DNA of 32,000 nt, taken from positions 5,520,001 to 5,552,000 of the forward strand of contig NZ_LN831024.1 of NCBI RefSeq assembly GCF_001457615.1. The letters run 5' to 3'. Positions 29,327 through 32,000 of the stretch are shown here, piece by piece. Both the position numbers and the translations under genes were made by a program. Numbering within the stretch: the stretch's first letter is position 1; the number at the start of each line of letters is the position of its first letter. The notes beneath the pieces are model-generated. The model had not been told where the DNA came from. It was given only the letters and a program-made list of their open reading frames with translations, and did not search any database. The DNA is from Pseudomonas aeruginosa. Its GTDB lineage: Bacteria > Pseudomonadota > Gammaproteobacteria > Pseudomonadales > Pseudomonadaceae.

Positions 29327-30382
29327 ATGTTTCCGAAGAACGCCTGGTACGTGGCCTGCACCCCCGACGAACTGGCCGGCAAGCCGCTCGGCCGACGCAT
29401 CTGCGACGAGCCGATGGTTTTCTACCGAGGCGAGGACGGCCGCGTGGCGGCCCTCGAGGATTTCTGCCCGCACCGTGGCGCGCCGCTGTCGCTGGGCTTC
29501 GTCGAGGACGGCGTGCTGGTCTGCGGCTACCACGGCCTGGCAATGGGCGAGGACGGTCGCACCCGCGCGATGCCCGGCCAGCGGGTCCGCGGCTTCCCCT
29601 GCATCCGTCGCTTCCCGGTGCAGGAACGGCACGGCTTCGTCTGGGTCTGGCCGGGCGCGGAAGAACAGGCCGACGCCGCGCTGATACCCCGCCTGGAATG
29701 GGCGGAAAGCCCCGATTGGGCCTATGGCGGCGGGCTGTACCACATCCACTGCGACTATCGCCTGATGATCGATAACCTGATGGACCTGACCCACGAGACC
29801 TATGTCCATGCGTCCAGCATCGGCCAGAAGGAAATCGACGAGGCCGCGCCGACCACGCGGGTGGAAGGCGACGAGGTGATCACCAGCCGCCACATGCAGA
29901 ATGTCATGGCCCCGCCGTTCTGGCGCATGGCTCTGCGCGGCAACGGCCTGGCCGACGACGTGGCGGTGGACCGCTGGCAGATCTGCCGCTTCACGCCGCC
30001 CAGCCACGTGCTGATCGAGGTCGGCGTGGCCCACGCCGGCCACGGCGGCTACCAGGCGCCGGCGGAGCGCAAGGCGGCGAGCATCGTGGTCGACTTCATC
30101 ACCCCGGAGAGCGCCACTTCCATCTGGTACTTCTGGGGCATGGCGCGCAACTTCCAGGCCCACGACCAGGCGCTCACCGAGAGCATTCGCGAAGGCCAGG
30201 GAAAGATCTTCGGCGAAGACCTGGAAATGCTCGAAAGCCAGCAGCGCAACCTGCTGCGCCATCCACGGCGCGACCTGCTGAAACTGAACATCGACGCCGG
30301 CGGCGTGCAGGCCCGGCGCATCATCGAGCGCCTGCTGGCGGACGAGCGCCAGGCCGCCGCCCCCAACCGCGCCCAGGCCTGA
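29327..30382 (+). CDS. vanA: Vanillate O-demethylase, Rieske oxygenase subunit (351 aa)
   Basis: MFPKNAWYVACTPDELAGKPLGRRICDEPMVFYRGEDGRVAALEDFCPHRGAPLSLGFVEDGVLVCGYHGLAMG, with Rieske motif CPHRGAP...CGYHG. The 1795-aa ORF is an artefactual upstream extension. Confidence 0.95.
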   Translation: MFPKNAWYVACTPDELAGKPLGRRICDEPMVFYRGEDGRVAALEDFCPHRGAPLSLGFVEDGVLVCGYHGLAMGEDGRTRAMPGQRVRGFPCIRRFPVQERHGFVWVWPGAEEQADAALIPRLEWAESPDWAYGGGLYHIHCDYRLMIDNLMDLTHETYVHASSIGQKEIDEAAPTTRVEGDEVITSRHMQNVMAPPFWRMALRGNGLADDVAVDRWQICRFTPPSHVLIEVGVAHAGHGGYQAPAERKAASIVVDFITPESATSIWYFWGMARNFQAHDQALTESIREGQGKIFGEDLEMLESQQRNLLRHPRRDLLKLNIDAGGVQARRIIERLLADERQAAAPNRAQA

Positions 30383-30396
30383 CGGGAGCCTTCGCC

Positions 30397-31350
30397 ATGA
30401 TCGAGGTCATCGTCGGCGCCATCCGCCTGGAGGCGCAGGATATCCACAGCTTCGAACTGTTCCGGGCCGACGGGGCGGCCCTGCCGTCCTTCGAGCCGGG
30501 CGCACACATCGACCTGCACCTGCCCAACGGCCTGGTCCGCCAGTACTCCCTCTGCGGCCCCGCCGAACGGCCGCGCCACTACCGTATCGCCGTACTCCGC
30601 TGCCGCGATTCGCGCGGCGGCTCGGCCACGCTGCACGCCGAACTGCGGGTCGGCCAGCGCCTGCACATCGGCGAGCCGCGCAATCTCTTCCCGCTGTCGC
30701 CGGAGCCCGGTCCGCGCCTGCTGTTCGCCGGCGGCATCGGCATCACGCCGCTGCTGGCGATGGCCGAACGCCTGGCCCGCGATGGCGCCGACTTCCAGTT
30801 GCACTACTGCGCGCATTCCGCCGAGCGCGCGGCCTTCGTCGACTACCTTGGCCGGTGCGCCTTCGCCGACCGCGTGCACTGCCACTTCGACCACGGCGAA
30901 AGCAGCCGGCGCGCGGACCTTCGCGCCCTGCTGGCGACCAGTCCGCGCGACGCCCAGCTATACCTTTGCGGGCCGGCGGGCTTCATGCAGTGGATCGAAG
31001 AAAGCGCCCGCGAACTGGGCTGGGAAGCAAGCCGCTTGCATCGCGAGCACTTCGCCGCCGCGCCACGAGACGCCAGTGCGGACGGCACCTTCGAAGTGCA
31101 GTTGGCGAGCAACGGGGCGCTGATCCGGGTCGCCGCCGGGCAGACCGTGCTGGCGGCCCTGCGCGAAGCCGGGGTGGACCTGCCGGCCTCCTGCGAGCAG
31201 GGCATCTGCGGCACCTGCCTGACCCGCGTGCTGGACGGCGAGCCGGAGCATCGCGACCTCTACCTCAGCGAAGAGGAGCAGGCCGCCAACGATTGCTTCA
31301 CGCCCTGCTGTTCGCGTTCGCGCAGCCCACGGCTGGTGCTGGATCTCTAG
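30397..31350 (+). CDS. vanB: Vanillate O-demethylase reductase subunit (317 aa)
   Basis: FAD-binding RQYSLCGPAE, NAD-binding RLLFAGGIGITPLLAMAERLA and C-terminal 2Fe-2S CEQGICGTCLTRVLDG. Confidence 0.95.
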   Translation: MIEVIVGAIRLEAQDIHSFELFRADGAALPSFEPGAHIDLHLPNGLVRQYSLCGPAERPRHYRIAVLRCRDSRGGSATLHAELRVGQRLHIGEPRNLFPLSPEPGPRLLFAGGIGITPLLAMAERLARDGADFQLHYCAHSAERAAFVDYLGRCAFADRVHCHFDHGESSRRADLRALLATSPRDAQLYLCGPAGFMQWIEESARELGWEASRLHREHFAAAPRDASADGTFEVQLASNGALIRVAAGQTVLAALREAGVDLPASCEQGICGTCLTRVLDGEPEHRDLYLSEEEQAANDCFTPCCSRSRSPRLVLDL

Positions 31351-32000
31351 TCGGCGGCGACGTCGCCGTGAAGCACGGTGACACCCTGCCGCGCCGGATC
31401 GAAGTAGTCGGCGTAGCGCAGGGTCGCATTGGCGTGCTCGCGCATGATCGCCTCGGCGCGCGCCCCCTGGCCGTTGACCAGCGCGTCGACCACCGCGTGG
31501 TGCTGCATGTGGGCAAAGTTGAAACGGCGGAATTCCTGCTCGAGATTGTCGCGATCCACCGCCAGGGCGCTCACCGAGGCGAACGGCAGGTGGTCGTTGC
31601 GCGCCAGCGCCACGGCGATCGCCGGGTTGCCGCTGGCCTCGATGATGGTGCGGTGGAAACGCATGTTCATGCGCTGGTAGCGCTCCAGCTCCTCCAGCAG
31701 GACCTGGCCGTTGGCGAACAATCGGTCGCCCTCGGCCAGGCATTCCTCCAGGGTCGCCCGTGCCTCGGCGGACAGCCCGCGCTCGGCCGCCTGGCGTGCC
31801 GCCAGGCCTTCCAGAACGCCGCGCACCTCGACCGCGCCGGCGATATCCTCGCGGGTCACCGCGCGCACCCTGTAGCCGCGCCCGGTCTTGCACAGCAGGC
31901 CTTCCTGCTCGAGGGTACGCAGGGCGATGCGCACCGGCATGCGCGAGACCTGCAGGCGTTCGGCGGTGGGAATCTCGACGATGCGCTCGCCGGCGGCGAG
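31347..32000 (-). CDS. vanR: GntR/FadR-family regulator VanR, 5' end truncated by the window edge
   Basis: Minus-strand translation from the window edge reads LAAGERIVEIPTAERLQVSRMPVRIALRTLEQEGLLCKTGRGYRVRAVTREDI (GntR wHTH), followed by an FCD domain. Convergent with vanB. Confidence 0.85.
   Translation of the reverse strand, partial: LAAGERIVEIPTAERLQVSRMPVRIALRTLEQEGLLCKTGRGYRVRAVTREDIAGAVEVRGVLEGLAARQAAERGLSAEARATLEECLAEGDRLFANGQVLLEELERYQRMNMRFHRTIIEASGNPAIAVALARNDHLPFASVSALAVDRDNLEQEFRRFNFAHMQHHAVVDALVNGQGARAEAIMREHANATLRYADYFDPARQGVTVLHGDVAAD

Overview
The window is GC-rich and almost certainly Pseudomonas aeruginosa core genome; gene order and protein sequences match the PA4878-PA4906 neighbourhood as I remember it, with no database search run. 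From left to right it holds: a MerR-family regulator (brlR), an AsmA-family protein, a ferritin-like protein, and a small secreted tandem-repeat protein. Next come a periplasmic molybdo-oxidoreductase / cytochrome b561 / exported-protein operon divergent from a two-component system (irlR plus a sensor), and an MFS transporter. The fatty-acid desaturase genes desB and desC lie divergent from desT, followed by a urease accessory cluster (ureEFG-hupE/ureJ). An ECF sigma/FecR pair is divergent from a TonB-dependent transducer. The right end is an aromatic catabolism block: opdK, an aldehyde dehydrogenase, an MFS transporter, mdlC and a LysR regulator, then vanK, vanA, vanB and a vanR-like gene running off the window. 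I see no phage, transposase, CRISPR, tRNA or rRNA. No wholly new biological system is evident. The best leads are regulatory or structural: (1) a sigma54-type -24/-12 promoter with two NtrC-like boxes about 32 bp apart upstream of ureE; (2) an AT-rich segment followed by a secreted four-unit 23-aa repeat protein; (3) two VanR-type operators (ATTGGATCCAAT and ATTGGATCCATT) in the vanK-vanA gap; (4) a TGACA-N4-TGTCA box between the redox operon and irlR; (5) two DesT-type palindromes before desC; (6) a terminator-like hairpin in the leader of the ferritin-like gene; (7) a Fur-box-like site at the ECF sigma/receptor promoter; (8) a REP-like imperfect palindrome between the receptor gene and opdK.
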